Positions 28,609 to 37,545 of a stretch of 52,529 nt of DNA are shown in pieces (positions within the stretch are counted from its first letter, which is position 1; the number at the start of each line of letters is the position of its first letter). This DNA comes from an uncultured Candidatus Saccharibacteria bacterium. GTDB taxonomy: Bacteria; Patescibacteriota; Saccharimonadia; Saccharimonadales; EFPC-124. The DNA lies in contig CBDDBE010000001.1 of NCBI GenBank assembly GCA_965225085.1, positions 323,641 through 376,169 on the forward strand, read 5' to 3'. The position numbers were made by a program, and so were the translations under genes. The notes beneath the pieces were generated by a model that did no database searches, had not been told where the DNA came from, and worked only from the letters and a program-made list of their open reading frames with translations.

Positions 28609-29712
28609 ATGAAAATCGCAATTGATGCCCGCATACTCCGTACCAGCACCGGCCGCTATGTCGAGCGTTTGCTGCATTACCTTCAGGAAATCGACCACGA
28701 CAATGACTATGTAGTGCTGCTGGACCACAAAGATTACGATGGCTGGGAGCCAACCAACGCGCGCTTTCGCAAGGTTAGTGTAGACATCCCCAACTACAGC
28801 ATTCGCGAACAGATCGTGCTTCCGTCGCTGCTGCGCGGCTTAAAGGTCGATCTCGTGCACTTTGCTATGCCACAGCAGCCCATTCTGTACGCCGGGCCAT
28901 CTATCACAACCATTCACGACCTGACATTACTTCATTTCAAAAATTATGAGGATAGCGCAAGGGTTGTATACGACATCAAACAGCTCATTTTCAGAGGAGT
29001 TTTGGCATTTGCAGTCCGCAAATCTCGCCACATTATCACACCCACCGAGTACGTCCAACAGGATTTGATCAAGACGCTCCACGCCAAGCCATCTAACGTA
29101 ACCGTTACGTACGAGGCCGCCGACAAGATGCCCTCGGGCAAAAGTTCGACAGTGTCGCAGCTGGCCACTTCGCCGTTCATCATGTACGTCGGCCGTATGG
29201 ATCCTTACAAGAATATCCGTAGTCTCATCGCCGCCCATCAGCAGCTGCTACAAGCATACCCCGATCTCCGTTTAGCGTTGCCTGGTGCCAAGGACCGTAA
29301 TGTGCAAAAGCTAGAGCAGTGGTGCCGAGACCAGGATTTTCGGCAAATTTACTTCCTTGGGTTTGTTTCCGACGCCGAGCTCAGGTGGTTGTTCGAGCAT
29401 ACTCTTGGGTACGTATTCCCGTCATTATCGGAGGGGTTCGGCCTACCCGGCCTGGAAGCTATGGCTCACGGCGCGCCAGTTATTGCCAGCCGAGCCACAT
29501 GCTTGCCCGAAGTCTATCAGGATGGGGCACATTATTTCGATCCCACAAGCATAGGGGATATTGCAGAAAAAATAAGTGACGTGCTTGAGGACGAAAAGCT
29601 CCGCACCAGCCTGATCAAGGAAGGCTCGAAAGTTGTCGCACAATATTCCTGGAAGCGAATGGCCGAACAGACACTCGAAGTGTACCAACGGGCATTGACA
29701 AGAAGAGGCTAG
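28609..29712 (+). CDS. GT4-family glycosyltransferase (MtfB-like)
   Basis: MKIAIDAR..TGRY, TIHDL and FPSLSEGFGLPGLEAM motifs. Confidence 0.93.
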   Translation: MKIAIDARILRTSTGRYVERLLHYLQEIDHDNDYVVLLDHKDYDGWEPTNARFRKVSVDIPNYSIREQIVLPSLLRGLKVDLVHFAMPQQPILYAGPSITTIHDLTLLHFKNYEDSARVVYDIKQLIFRGVLAFAVRKSRHIITPTEYVQQDLIKTLHAKPSNVTVTYEAADKMPSGKSSTVSQLATSPFIMYVGRMDPYKNIRSLIAAHQQLLQAYPDLRLALPGAKDRNVQKLEQWCRDQDFRQIYFLGFVSDAELRWLFEHTLGYVFPSLSEGFGLPGLEAMAHGAPVIASRATCLPEVYQDGAHYFDPTSIGDIAEKISDVLEDEKLRTSLIKEGSKVVAQYSWKRMAEQTLEVYQRALTRRG

Positions 29713-29715
29713 ATT

Positions 29716-30192
29716 TTACTCGGCAGTTTTGCTGATAACAAGATGTCGCTCACGGCCTTCACCCTCTGATTGGCTTTCGAGCGAGCCAAACTCGCCCACG
29801 ACCCGATGGGCAACCCGCCGATCAGCAGGAGTCATGGGTTGTAAGTTCATAGCTTCGCCCGACTTCACAACCTGCTCGCACCAGGCGCGTACCTGTTCGG
29901 CCAATCGCTCAGCACGATGATGCTTGTAGCTGGCTACATCAATGTTGATACGCGTGAGTTCGGCATCCTTATTCTTGAGCGCCATCGATAATAAATACTG
30001 CAACGAATGGAGTGTTTCACCCCGCTGACCTATCAGGAAACCATTCAGGTGTGTTGAGGGCACGTTCAGTTCGATCACATCTTCGTCGCAACTGACGCTC
30101 ACGGCCGTGTTGAGGCCGAAAAAGGACAGAAGATCTTCGAGGTACTTTTTTGCAAAATCGATTGATTGATTACGATCAAGGCCTGATTCCAT
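29716..30192 (-). CDS. jag: Jag/KhpB-like RNA-binding protein (KH + R3H, short form)
   Basis: LIGQRGETL.SLQ, PM...DRR..H and SEGEG..R motifs; downstream of yidC. Confidence 0.88.
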   Translation of the reverse strand: MESGLDRNQSIDFAKKYLEDLLSFFGLNTAVSVSCDEDVIELNVPSTHLNGFLIGQRGETLHSLQYLLSMALKNKDAELTRINIDVASYKHHRAERLAEQVRAWCEQVVKSGEAMNLQPMTPADRRVAHRVVGEFGSLESQSEGEGRERHLVISKTAE

Positions 30193-31118
30193 TAGCGCTT
30201 CCTCCGTTTCTTAGCAGCCGGTCTTTTGGCGGTCGGCTGCACAACCACTTCAGCTTCTTTGGCCTTCTTAACCTTGGCCGCGCGAGGGGTCTCGCTAATC
30301 TTTTCCATCTCGTCGGTATCTTCACGAAGTACCCGCGACTGCTGGAAAACCGCAACACCACTCGTGGTAGCCAGGTACAAAACTAATGCACCAGGTAAAT
30401 AAATCGAGATAAAGAACGTCAGCGCAGGAAACAGATAGATCATTCGGTTGCTCATAAGCGCGCTCATTTCGGACTGGTCCACGCTTTTGCCAGATGCCTG
30501 CTCCTTTAGCAAATCACGCAGCTTGCGCCCCTCGCCGACTTGAGGCAACAGTTGCCGAGATTGAAAAAACTGAAGGAGGCCGGCGAGGACCGCTAGGACC
30601 AGAAGTGGCCAGTACGGCCCGGTTGGTTCGACTGCATGGCGAGATAGATTGATCATGCCCAGAAGTGAATCGTTAAAGCTATGCGGATGGGCAACGAGGT
30701 CCTTCACAAAAGGAATGTTCTGCAGAAAGTCATACGTATACTTGGGGATATTCTGATCGTTTGTCGTAATCAACCGCACCACCGCATACAAAGCGATAAA
30801 GATCGGCAACTGCAGGATTAAAATACCGATGGACCCAAATGGCTTTATGCCCTTTTCACGGTACAGCTCCATCATCAGTTGGGCCTCGAGCTGTTTGTTA
30901 CCCTTGGTTTGTTTGCGAATGCGCTGGAGCTCAGGCTGAAATTTACGCATAAGTTTAGTCTGGTGAAGCTGCTTGCGGACAAGTGGCCACAGAAGTACGC
31001 GAATTATGACCGTGAAGAGAATCAGTGCCAAGCCAAAATCATGACCAGGAATAATCCCGTAGATAAAAACGAGGACATTAAAAATCGGTTGAATTAAGAT
31101 TAAGTCAAATACGCTCAT
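30192..31118 (-). CDS. yidC: Membrane protein insertase YidC
   Basis: FGLALILFTVIIR..LWPL, QPEL, LY and QLPIFIALY motifs. Confidence 0.93.
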   Translation of the reverse strand: MSVFDLILIQPIFNVLVFIYGIIPGHDFGLALILFTVIIRVLLWPLVRKQLHQTKLMRKFQPELQRIRKQTKGNKQLEAQLMMELYREKGIKPFGSIGILILQLPIFIALYAVVRLITTNDQNIPKYTYDFLQNIPFVKDLVAHPHSFNDSLLGMINLSRHAVEPTGPYWPLLVLAVLAGLLQFFQSRQLLPQVGEGRKLRDLLKEQASGKSVDQSEMSALMSNRMIYLFPALTFFISIYLPGALVLYLATTSGVAVFQQSRVLREDTDEMEKISETPRAAKVKKAKEAEVVVQPTAKRPAAKKRRKR

Positions 31119-31172
31119 AGCTTTCTATACTATACCACGGACCTTAGAGGATCTGTAGTTTTACCATTATTT

Positions 31173-31523
31173 TTATTCTTGCCAAATGCCAGCCTGCTTG
31201 AGCAGATCGATAATTATATGTTCTAGTTCATCATGCGGCATCTGGCCTGCCAGCGGATCATAGACATTTATAAGCATATCGTGCGCCGGCCGAATGTGAT
31301 CCCAGTGCGTTCGAATCACTTCGTACACACGACGGCGAATACGGTTTCGCTTTGGTGCGGCCTTTACAACCTTCTTAGTTACAATCACGCCGCACCGACT
31401 GTCGCTACGACGTTCGTTGTGAGCAACTCGCAACGAAAGAGAGCGGGCGCGATAAATCGTACCCTGTCGATACAAGTACTTGAGGCTTCCGTAGCCGTGA
31501 AATCGATAGCTCTGCGCTAGCAT
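31173..31523 (-). CDS. rnpA: Ribonuclease P protein component
   Basis: KKV.K.A..RNRIRRR motif; between rpmH and yidC. Confidence 0.92.
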   Translation of the reverse strand: MLAQSYRFHGYGSLKYLYRQGTIYRARSLSLRVAHNERRSDSRCGVIVTKKVVKAAPKRNRIRRRVYEVIRTHWDHIRPAHDMLINVYDPLAGQMPHDELEHIIIDLLKQAGIWQE

Positions 31524-31549
31524 ACTCTACATTGTAGTTGAACAAGCTA

Positions 31550-31598
31550 AAAACTACATACGGCGAGCGCCATACGTGGTCGGCCCACCGTACAGTAG
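31550..31598 (-). terminator. Intrinsic terminator after rpmH
   Basis: Minus-strand stem TACGGTGGGC / GCTCGCCGTA closed by CTAC/GTAG, then TTTTT. Confidence 0.7.
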
Positions 31599-31600
31599 CC

Positions 31601-31738
31601 TTAGACCGTCAACTTCTTGCGACCCTTAAGGCGACGAGTCTTGAGCACGAGGCGCCCGGCCTTCGTAGCCATACGGGCACGGAAACCATGAACTTTGGCG
31701 CGTTTGCGGGTATGTGGCTGATATGTTCGCTTTGGCAT
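31601..31738 (-). CDS. rpmH: 50S ribosomal protein L34
   Basis: Manual translation gives [45 protein letters not shown]. Too short for the ORF track. Confidence 0.97.
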   Translation of the reverse strand: MPKRTYQPHTRKRAKVHGFRARMATKAGRLVLKTRRLKGRKKLTV

Positions 31739-31790
31739 AATATTCTTAAATCTATCCTTTTGTTTGCTTCAGACTTATATTTTGACAAAT

Positions 31791-31904
31791 TTTTCCACAA
31801 TAGGCAAGCTCTTTTCCACAAGCCGACAGGGGTAAACTAAAAATGTGCATAAATATCGACGAAATTGACGTTCGCGCAAGCTCAGGTTTCGTAGTTGTGG
31901 AAAA
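31791..31904. promoter_or_regulatory. DnaA-box cluster upstream of dnaA (oriC part 1)
   Basis: TTTTCCACA at 31791 and 31812, TGTGCATAA at 31844, TGTGGAAAA at 31896. Confidence 0.8.
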
Positions 31905-31969
31905 CCATCAAAATTCTGTATAGTTATACGTACTGACTAACGACATTTGGGGACACGCACAGAGGGGCA

Positions 31970-33325
31970 ATGAAAAACGCATTGTGGCAAACAGTTTTGG
32001 GGGAGATCGAGTTAACCGTTTCACGAGCGAGCTTCGTGACGTGGTTCAAAAATACCGAGCTGCTCGAGAGTGAAGACGGCAAGGTTATCATTGCGGTGCC
32101 AAATATCTTTGCCAAGCAACAGCTAGAAGTTAAATTTACCCAGCAAATAAGCGACACACTGATCAAGAATGGCGTGGAGGTAAACCAACTAACATTTGCG
32201 ATCCAATCCACAAACAAGAAGAAGATAGGCGATATCGCCAAAAAATCGAATGTCGCACAACAGATTGCCATGCAGTCTCGGCCGACTGTACAGCGCGCGC
32301 GTACCGTTGGTAACGGTCTCAACCCCAAATACACCTTCGAGACATACATCGTTGGCTCCAGCAACGAGCTGGCCTACACCGCCTGCCAGGCTGTAGCCAA
32401 CTATCCAGGCACCAAATATAATCCACTATTTCTATACGGTGGCGTGGGCCTGGGCAAGACACACCTTATCCAAGCCGTCGGGAACGGTGTAGCCGCTAAG
32501 GACCCAGAAGCGACTATCCTTTATATATCATCTGAGACATTCGTGAATGAGTTTGTGGACAGCATCCGGTTCAAGAAAAAGGAGTTCGCCGACAAATATC
32601 GCAATGTCGATGTGCTGATTATTGACGACATTCAGTTCATTGCCGGCAAGGAAGCCACCCAGGAAGGATTCTTTCACACGTTCAATGCGCTGCATCAAAC
32701 CAACAAGCAGATCGTCATAAGTTCGGACAAGCCGCCCAAATCTATTCCAACCCTGGAGGAACGACTACGATCGCGGTTCGAATGGGGCATGACGATTGAC
32801 ATTCAGATGCCTGATTTCGAAACACGCTGCGCCATCCTGCAGACCAAGGCCAATCAACACAACGCTACGCTTGACCGTGAAACCGTTGAGTTTTTAGCAT
32901 CACACATCCAGACCAACATCCGCGAGCTCGAAGGAGCACTCAATCAACTGCTGGCCTTTTGTGAAATGCGCGGCGTCAAACCCGACCTGCAAACCGCCTC
33001 GGGGCTTATCGGTAACGTGCGCGCCAGCCGGCCACACCACCTGACGGCCAAGCAGGTTATCGACAAAACAGCCAAGCATTTCCAGCTGGATGCTGTCGAT
33101 ATTACCAGCCCCAAGCGTGATAAGCACATCGTGACACCCAGACAAATCGCCATGTATCTGCTGCGAAGCGAGTTGCATTTGAGCTTCCCCAAGATCGCAC
33201 GAGAACTTGGACGGAAGGACCACACTACCGCTATTCACTCGGTCGAAAAGATCGAGAAAGCAATCAAACTCGATTATATTGTGCGACAACAAGTTACCGA
33301 AATTCGCGAGAAACTCTATGTATAA
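31970..33325 (+). CDS. dnaA: Chromosomal replication initiator DnaA
   Basis: YNPLFLYGGVGLGKTHL, IDDIQF, RLRSRF, NIRELEGAL and KDHTT motifs. Confidence 0.99.
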   Translation: MKNALWQTVLGEIELTVSRASFVTWFKNTELLESEDGKVIIAVPNIFAKQQLEVKFTQQISDTLIKNGVEVNQLTFAIQSTNKKKIGDIAKKSNVAQQIAMQSRPTVQRARTVGNGLNPKYTFETYIVGSSNELAYTACQAVANYPGTKYNPLFLYGGVGLGKTHLIQAVGNGVAAKDPEATILYISSETFVNEFVDSIRFKKKEFADKYRNVDVLIIDDIQFIAGKEATQEGFFHTFNALHQTNKQIVISSDKPPKSIPTLEERLRSRFEWGMTIDIQMPDFETRCAILQTKANQHNATLDRETVEFLASHIQTNIRELEGALNQLLAFCEMRGVKPDLQTASGLIGNVRASRPHHLTAKQVIDKTAKHFQLDAVDITSPKRDKHIVTPRQIAMYLLRSELHLSFPKIARELGRKDHTTAIHSVEKIEKAIKLDYIVRQQVTEIREKLYV

Positions 33326-33572
33326 AAATTGTGTACAACCTGTCGACAACCGATCGGAAAACCCTGTGGATGCCCATCCCCTCCCTCCACACTCCCCCAC
33401 CCTCGAACCTCCCAGCCGCCTAACTATCCACATTTTCCGACAATTCATCCGCACCCTACGCACACCCAAATCCCATATTCTACACAGGCAATTTATGCAA
33501 AATAACAGAGCTATATTGCCATTTATACCCACTTTCCACACATCCTATTATTACTATTATTACTTTATATAA
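33326..33572. other. oriC: Replication origin oriC (dnaA-dnaN part) with DnaA boxes, DnaA-trios and AT-rich stretch
   Basis: CTATCCACA at 33424. Tandem TTATACCCA/CTTTCCACA at 33523-33540. TATTATTACTATTATTAC at 33546-33563, then TTTATATAA. Confidence 0.88.
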
Positions 33573-33599
33573 GAAGGAAGAAGGGACAGTAATAAACCT

Positions 33600-34700
33600 A
33601 TGAAATTGACCGTTACCCAAGAAAATCTATCCAAGGCTCTCCAAATAGTTGGACGTGTCGCAACTGGCAAGACGCCTCTTCCGATTCTGAGCAATATTCT
33701 GTTTCGCACTGACGAGAATAGACTGCTTTTGGCTGCAACAAACCTCGAAATTGCAATCGCCCAGCACATTGGCGGCAAGATCGAAACGGAAGGCGCCATT
33801 ACTGTCCCCGCCAGACTGATGAGTGAGTTTATTAGCAATCTGCCCAAGGGCAATGTCGAGCTTGAAGCAGATGGCACGAAGCTGCACATCAAAAGCGGCA
33901 CATACCAGTCAACCATTCACGGCATGGCGCCAGATGAGTTCCCCGCACTACCCGATATTGCCGCTCAGGAGACGATCATGGTGTCTGTCGCGACGCTGAA
34001 GCGCGCAATTCAGCAGACTGTTATCGTGACGAGTAGTGATGATACCCGACCCGTCCTGACTGGCGTATATTGCCACACGCACGATGGCAATTTGTACTTT
34101 GCCGCGACGGATGGGTATCGTCTGGCCGAGCGACTTATTAGCAAGACTGACCTTAACATAAGCGCCATTATCCCCTCTCAGACGCTCCAGGACGTCCTGC
34201 GAGTGATGACGGATGATAGTAATGACATAACGATGATCTTTGATGAAAATCAGGTGCGAATATTGGTTGACGATACCGAGATCACAAGCCGGTTGATCGA
34301 CGGGACGTTCCCTGATTATCGTCAACTCGTGCCGAGCACAACAGATATAGACGTCACGCTTGATAAGGACGAATTTGGGCGCATTACCAAGATTGCGAGT
34401 TTGTTCGCGCGCGAAAGTGGCGGTAGTGTGACGCTGAATGCCAAGCAGGAGGATCAAAAACTCAGCATTCACTCGGTTGCATCGCAGCTGGGTGAGAATA
34501 CTTCGGAGGCCGAAGCCGTCGTAAGTGCCGACGGTCAGGTTACGCTAAATTCACGCTATTTGCTCGAAGCACTTGGGTGTATTGATAGCCCAAAGCTTTC
34601 GTTTAGCTTTAGCGGCAAGCTGTCACCGTGCGTGCTAACGGCTGCCATTAAGGATTCGGAGAGTGACTACAAACACATCATCATGCCGCTTAAGAGCTAG
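33600..34700 (+). CDS. dnaN: DNA polymerase III beta clamp
   Basis: LPILSN, ATNLE, RPVLTGV, ATDGYRL, FPDY and IIMPLK motifs. Confidence 0.98.
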   Translation: MKLTVTQENLSKALQIVGRVATGKTPLPILSNILFRTDENRLLLAATNLEIAIAQHIGGKIETEGAITVPARLMSEFISNLPKGNVELEADGTKLHIKSGTYQSTIHGMAPDEFPALPDIAAQETIMVSVATLKRAIQQTVIVTSSDDTRPVLTGVYCHTHDGNLYFAATDGYRLAERLISKTDLNISAIIPSQTLQDVLRVMTDDSNDITMIFDENQVRILVDDTEITSRLIDGTFPDYRQLVPSTTDIDVTLDKDEFGRITKIASLFARESGGSVTLNAKQEDQKLSIHSVASQLGENTSEAEAVVSADGQVTLNSRYLLEALGCIDSPKLSFSFSGKLSPCVLTAAIKDSESDYKHIIMPLKS

Positions 34701-34721
34701 CCGGTCGCTATACTAAAGGAT

Positions 34722-35789
34722 ATGTCGTACAGGAACATTACGCTCCAGAATTTTCGGAGCTACAGCGAGTATGCCGTTGGCTTGAGTCCGGGGGTGACCA
34801 TTGTGGTCGGCCCCAATGGCAGCGGCAAGACGAATCTGCTTGAGGCGTTGCACGTCGTGTCGACAGGGTCGTCGTTTCGGGCGGCTGATCGCGATATGGT
34901 GAAGCGTGGAGCCCCGTGGTTTCGCGTCGAGGCAATCTACGATGACGAAGCGCGTACATTGACGTATAGCTTGGAGGATACGGCCAGCCCTAAGCATTTT
35001 ATGCTTGATGGCGTGCGCCGCGTGCGACTAAGTCATCAGCAGAAGATCCCGGTGGTATTGTTCGAACCAGATCATTTGCGGCTATTGAGCGGATCGCCGT
35101 CCTCGCGGCGTGACTATCTGGACAGTGTGCTGGCCAGGTTGCAGCCTGATTTTGCCCGGGCGCGGTCACAGTTTGATCGAGCTCTGCTGCAGCGCAACAA
35201 TATTCTGAAGTACGCCCAGCAACGTTCTGCGGCCCTGGGCGATCAATTATTTGTCTGGAACATAAAGGTATCAGAATTGGCCGAAAACATCGCAGAGCGG
35301 CGCATAGGGCTTATTACGTACATAAATCAGCAGGTCGACGAACTGTATTCGCAGATTGCCGGTGTGCCCTCGAAGGTACTGCTGGCGTACGAGACGGATT
35401 TGAAAGCCGATGCCTACAAAGAGTCGATGCTGCACCAACTGGATGTCCAACTGGATAAAGATATTATCCGGGGTTTTACAGGGGTGGGTCCACATCGTGA
35501 TGATTTTTCGTTGCATCTCAACGGTGCTCGATCGTCAGTGACGGCATCGCGTGGGGAGGTTCGTTCGTTGCTTCTGGCGCTGAAAATGATCGAGCTAAAG
35601 CTACTAGGTGAACAGACAAACCGTCCCCCACTCTTGCTTTTGGACGATGTGTTCAGTGAGCTCGATACTGCCAGGCGACGCGCCCTGGCTATGCTCGCCC
35701 AATCGCATCAAACAGTCATCACAACCACCGATGCAGATGCGGTCAAGGGGATGTTTGGAGGCGCTGTGTCGACTATACAGACCGTCTAA
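34722..35789 (+). CDS. recF: DNA replication/repair protein RecF
   Basis: NFRSY, GPNGSGKTN, GPHRDD and LLLDDVFSELD motifs. Confidence 0.97.
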   Translation: MSYRNITLQNFRSYSEYAVGLSPGVTIVVGPNGSGKTNLLEALHVVSTGSSFRAADRDMVKRGAPWFRVEAIYDDEARTLTYSLEDTASPKHFMLDGVRRVRLSHQQKIPVVLFEPDHLRLLSGSPSSRRDYLDSVLARLQPDFARARSQFDRALLQRNNILKYAQQRSAALGDQLFVWNIKVSELAENIAERRIGLITYINQQVDELYSQIAGVPSKVLLAYETDLKADAYKESMLHQLDVQLDKDIIRGFTGVGPHRDDFSLHLNGARSSVTASRGEVRSLLLALKMIELKLLGEQTNRPPLLLLDDVFSELDTARRRALAMLAQSHQTVITTTDADAVKGMFGGAVSTIQTV

Positions 35790-36427
35790 TTGCCGGTTGC
35801 TGACGGAAGTTTATAGATTATCTCGTAGTCGGATGGGTTGTAGCTTTGCTGTTTCATCCAGTTGAGAGCGTTTTGCTTATCGACGTCGCTACCTCCATAG
35901 GTAATGATGATAGCAAGGGCATTCGGATCGTTCGGATGAGCCACCGATTTGCCATAGTCGATGCGCCATCTGGGGTGTATCTCGGGTAGTGAGGCAATGA
36001 TCGGGTACTTTTGGGTGAGATCTTGGCTGGTCTGATCAAAGGCTTGACCGGCTTTTGCTTCAAAGTCGCTCGATCCGGTGACGTGTTTCTTGACCCAATC
36101 ATAACCTTCTTGGCTGTTTGGGACGAGCAGCCAACGGATGGCTTTGACTTCATTCTGAAGAAGTGTCACGGTCTGGGTTTGATCGGCGAAGCCTGATCGC
36201 TTTGCGGTAACGGTGTGTTGGCCGGGCTTGGTGCTGACAGTACCGCTGGACGCCACCTTCACGCCGTCGACTGTTACTGCAATATCGTCTGGTACGACGG
36301 ACTGGATGTCGAGAGCGGTCTTATTTACCTGCTGGAACCCAATGACCATAATGACGCCCAGGATCACAATGCCCAAGGCAGCACCGATAATATATATGTA
36401 CCTTCTAACGTTAGGGTTTAGATCCAT
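35786..36427 (-). CDS. Membrane-anchored PEGA-domain protein (T4SS locus)
   Basis: N-terminal TM helix; VTVDG....PGQHTVTAKRSGF pattern. Confidence 0.7.
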   Translation of the reverse strand: MDLNPNVRRYIYIIGAALGIVILGVIMVIGFQQVNKTALDIQSVVPDDIAVTVDGVKVASSGTVSTKPGQHTVTAKRSGFADQTQTVTLLQNEVKAIRWLLVPNSQEGYDWVKKHVTGSSDFEAKAGQAFDQTSQDLTQKYPIIASLPEIHPRWRIDYGKSVAHPNDPNALAIIITYGGSDVDKQNALNWMKQQSYNPSDYEIIYKLPSATGN

Positions 36428-37545
36428 TATTTCCTCCTCGCTACAAAGAATCCGGGATACCAGTTATCTGCCTGCGGAACATGTCCGTGAAGTGATGCTG
36501 CGGCGGCGTTGTATGGTTTGCCGTCGCTACCCTTGTAGGGCCCGGTAAAGATGTAAGTATGTCCGTAGCTGACCATAATGTCGCCGGGCTGCAGCTTGCT
36601 GCTGCTGTCGGTATAGTCGGGTGTATCAAAGAATAGGAACTTGTCCGGGTGGCTCTTGATATAGCCGATCTGATCAGTCGTGCCGCGCCTGAGGTAGGTT
36701 GGGTCGGCGCCGCTGGCCACCATAACGGTTGCCGTAAAGACTCCGCAGTCGCTCCACGGGTCAATGTCGGTTGCGCCGTTGTATTTTGGCATAGCTATCT
36801 GATACGCCGATGTCGCATCGACTTTATCTTTGCCGTGCCCGGGCGATGGCCAGGCCAGGCCAAGTGCGGTCTGCACGATGCTACCCTGTACCACACCATT
36901 TCCACTACACGAGCCAATTTGGCCGGTCACTGTTCCGCCGACTTTTGCCAGATAGATGGCGAAGTCGGTAGCTTGTGCGGCTTTCATGGGGATATTACTG
37001 CCGGCGCCTGAATTCACGCGTTGGATAAACTGCTGTGCATACTGACGCGGCGATAGGACGTTCCCTGGGGGCACTATATCAAGCAGCGCGGGCTGATCAT
37101 TTGCGACCGGATAAAAGTGGCTAACAGCTAACTTGAATAGGTCGCCATTATAGCTCTTGAATTTGGCTGTATATTCTATGTAGGCAACAGCATCCTGAAC
37201 TTCTTCGGGCGCATCACGTGCCTGCTTGTACTGTGTGGCTGGCGGGTAGTACTGCGTGGCATGCGATTGCCACGTCCCGTCCATGTACTGGTATTTGCCT
37301 GTGGCGCCTTGCCCCGAAACGGCGTGGATGTCACCGCTACTTTCTTGGTCGGCGAGGGCCTGAAGGAACTTGGTAATGGAGTCCCCGCCCGCTGCCCCTG
37401 GGGTGGAGCCGCCGCATATCTGAACGTTGTTGCCGTTAGGGTCGTAATAGTCGATGTCGTTCGCGCTAAAGTCGATCGTCTGCGCAAAGACTGGCTGTGC
37501 GATGAGTAGGAGCAATGCTAGTGTGGCAAGGGTAATACGTTTCAT
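36427..37545 (-). CDS. Secreted bifunctional cell-wall hydrolase: lytic transglycosylase plus NlpC/P60-type domain (VirB1-like)
   Basis: Signal peptide. QESSG..ATGKYQY...TW; SDCGVF..LQPGDI...GHT. ATGA overlap with the upstream gene. Confidence 0.8.
   Translation of the reverse strand: MKRITLATLALLLLIAQPVFAQTIDFSANDIDYYDPNGNNVQICGGSTPGAAGGDSITKFLQALADQESSGDIHAVSGQGATGKYQYMDGTWQSHATQYYPPATQYKQARDAPEEVQDAVAYIEYTAKFKSYNGDLFKLAVSHFYPVANDQPALLDIVPPGNVLSPRQYAQQFIQRVNSGAGSNIPMKAAQATDFAIYLAKVGGTVTGQIGSCSGNGVVQGSIVQTALGLAWPSPGHGKDKVDATSAYQIAMPKYNGATDIDPWSDCGVFTATVMVASGADPTYLRRGTTDQIGYIKSHPDKFLFFDTPDYTDSSSKLQPGDIMVSYGHTYIFTGPYKGSDGKPYNAAAASLHGHVPQADNWYPGFFVARRK

Noticed and set aside
33546-33563. TATTATTAC repeat as microsatellite, or the poly-Tyr ORF 33207-33572
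   Set aside because: Better explained as DnaA-trios next to DnaA boxes; the ORF is a by-product.
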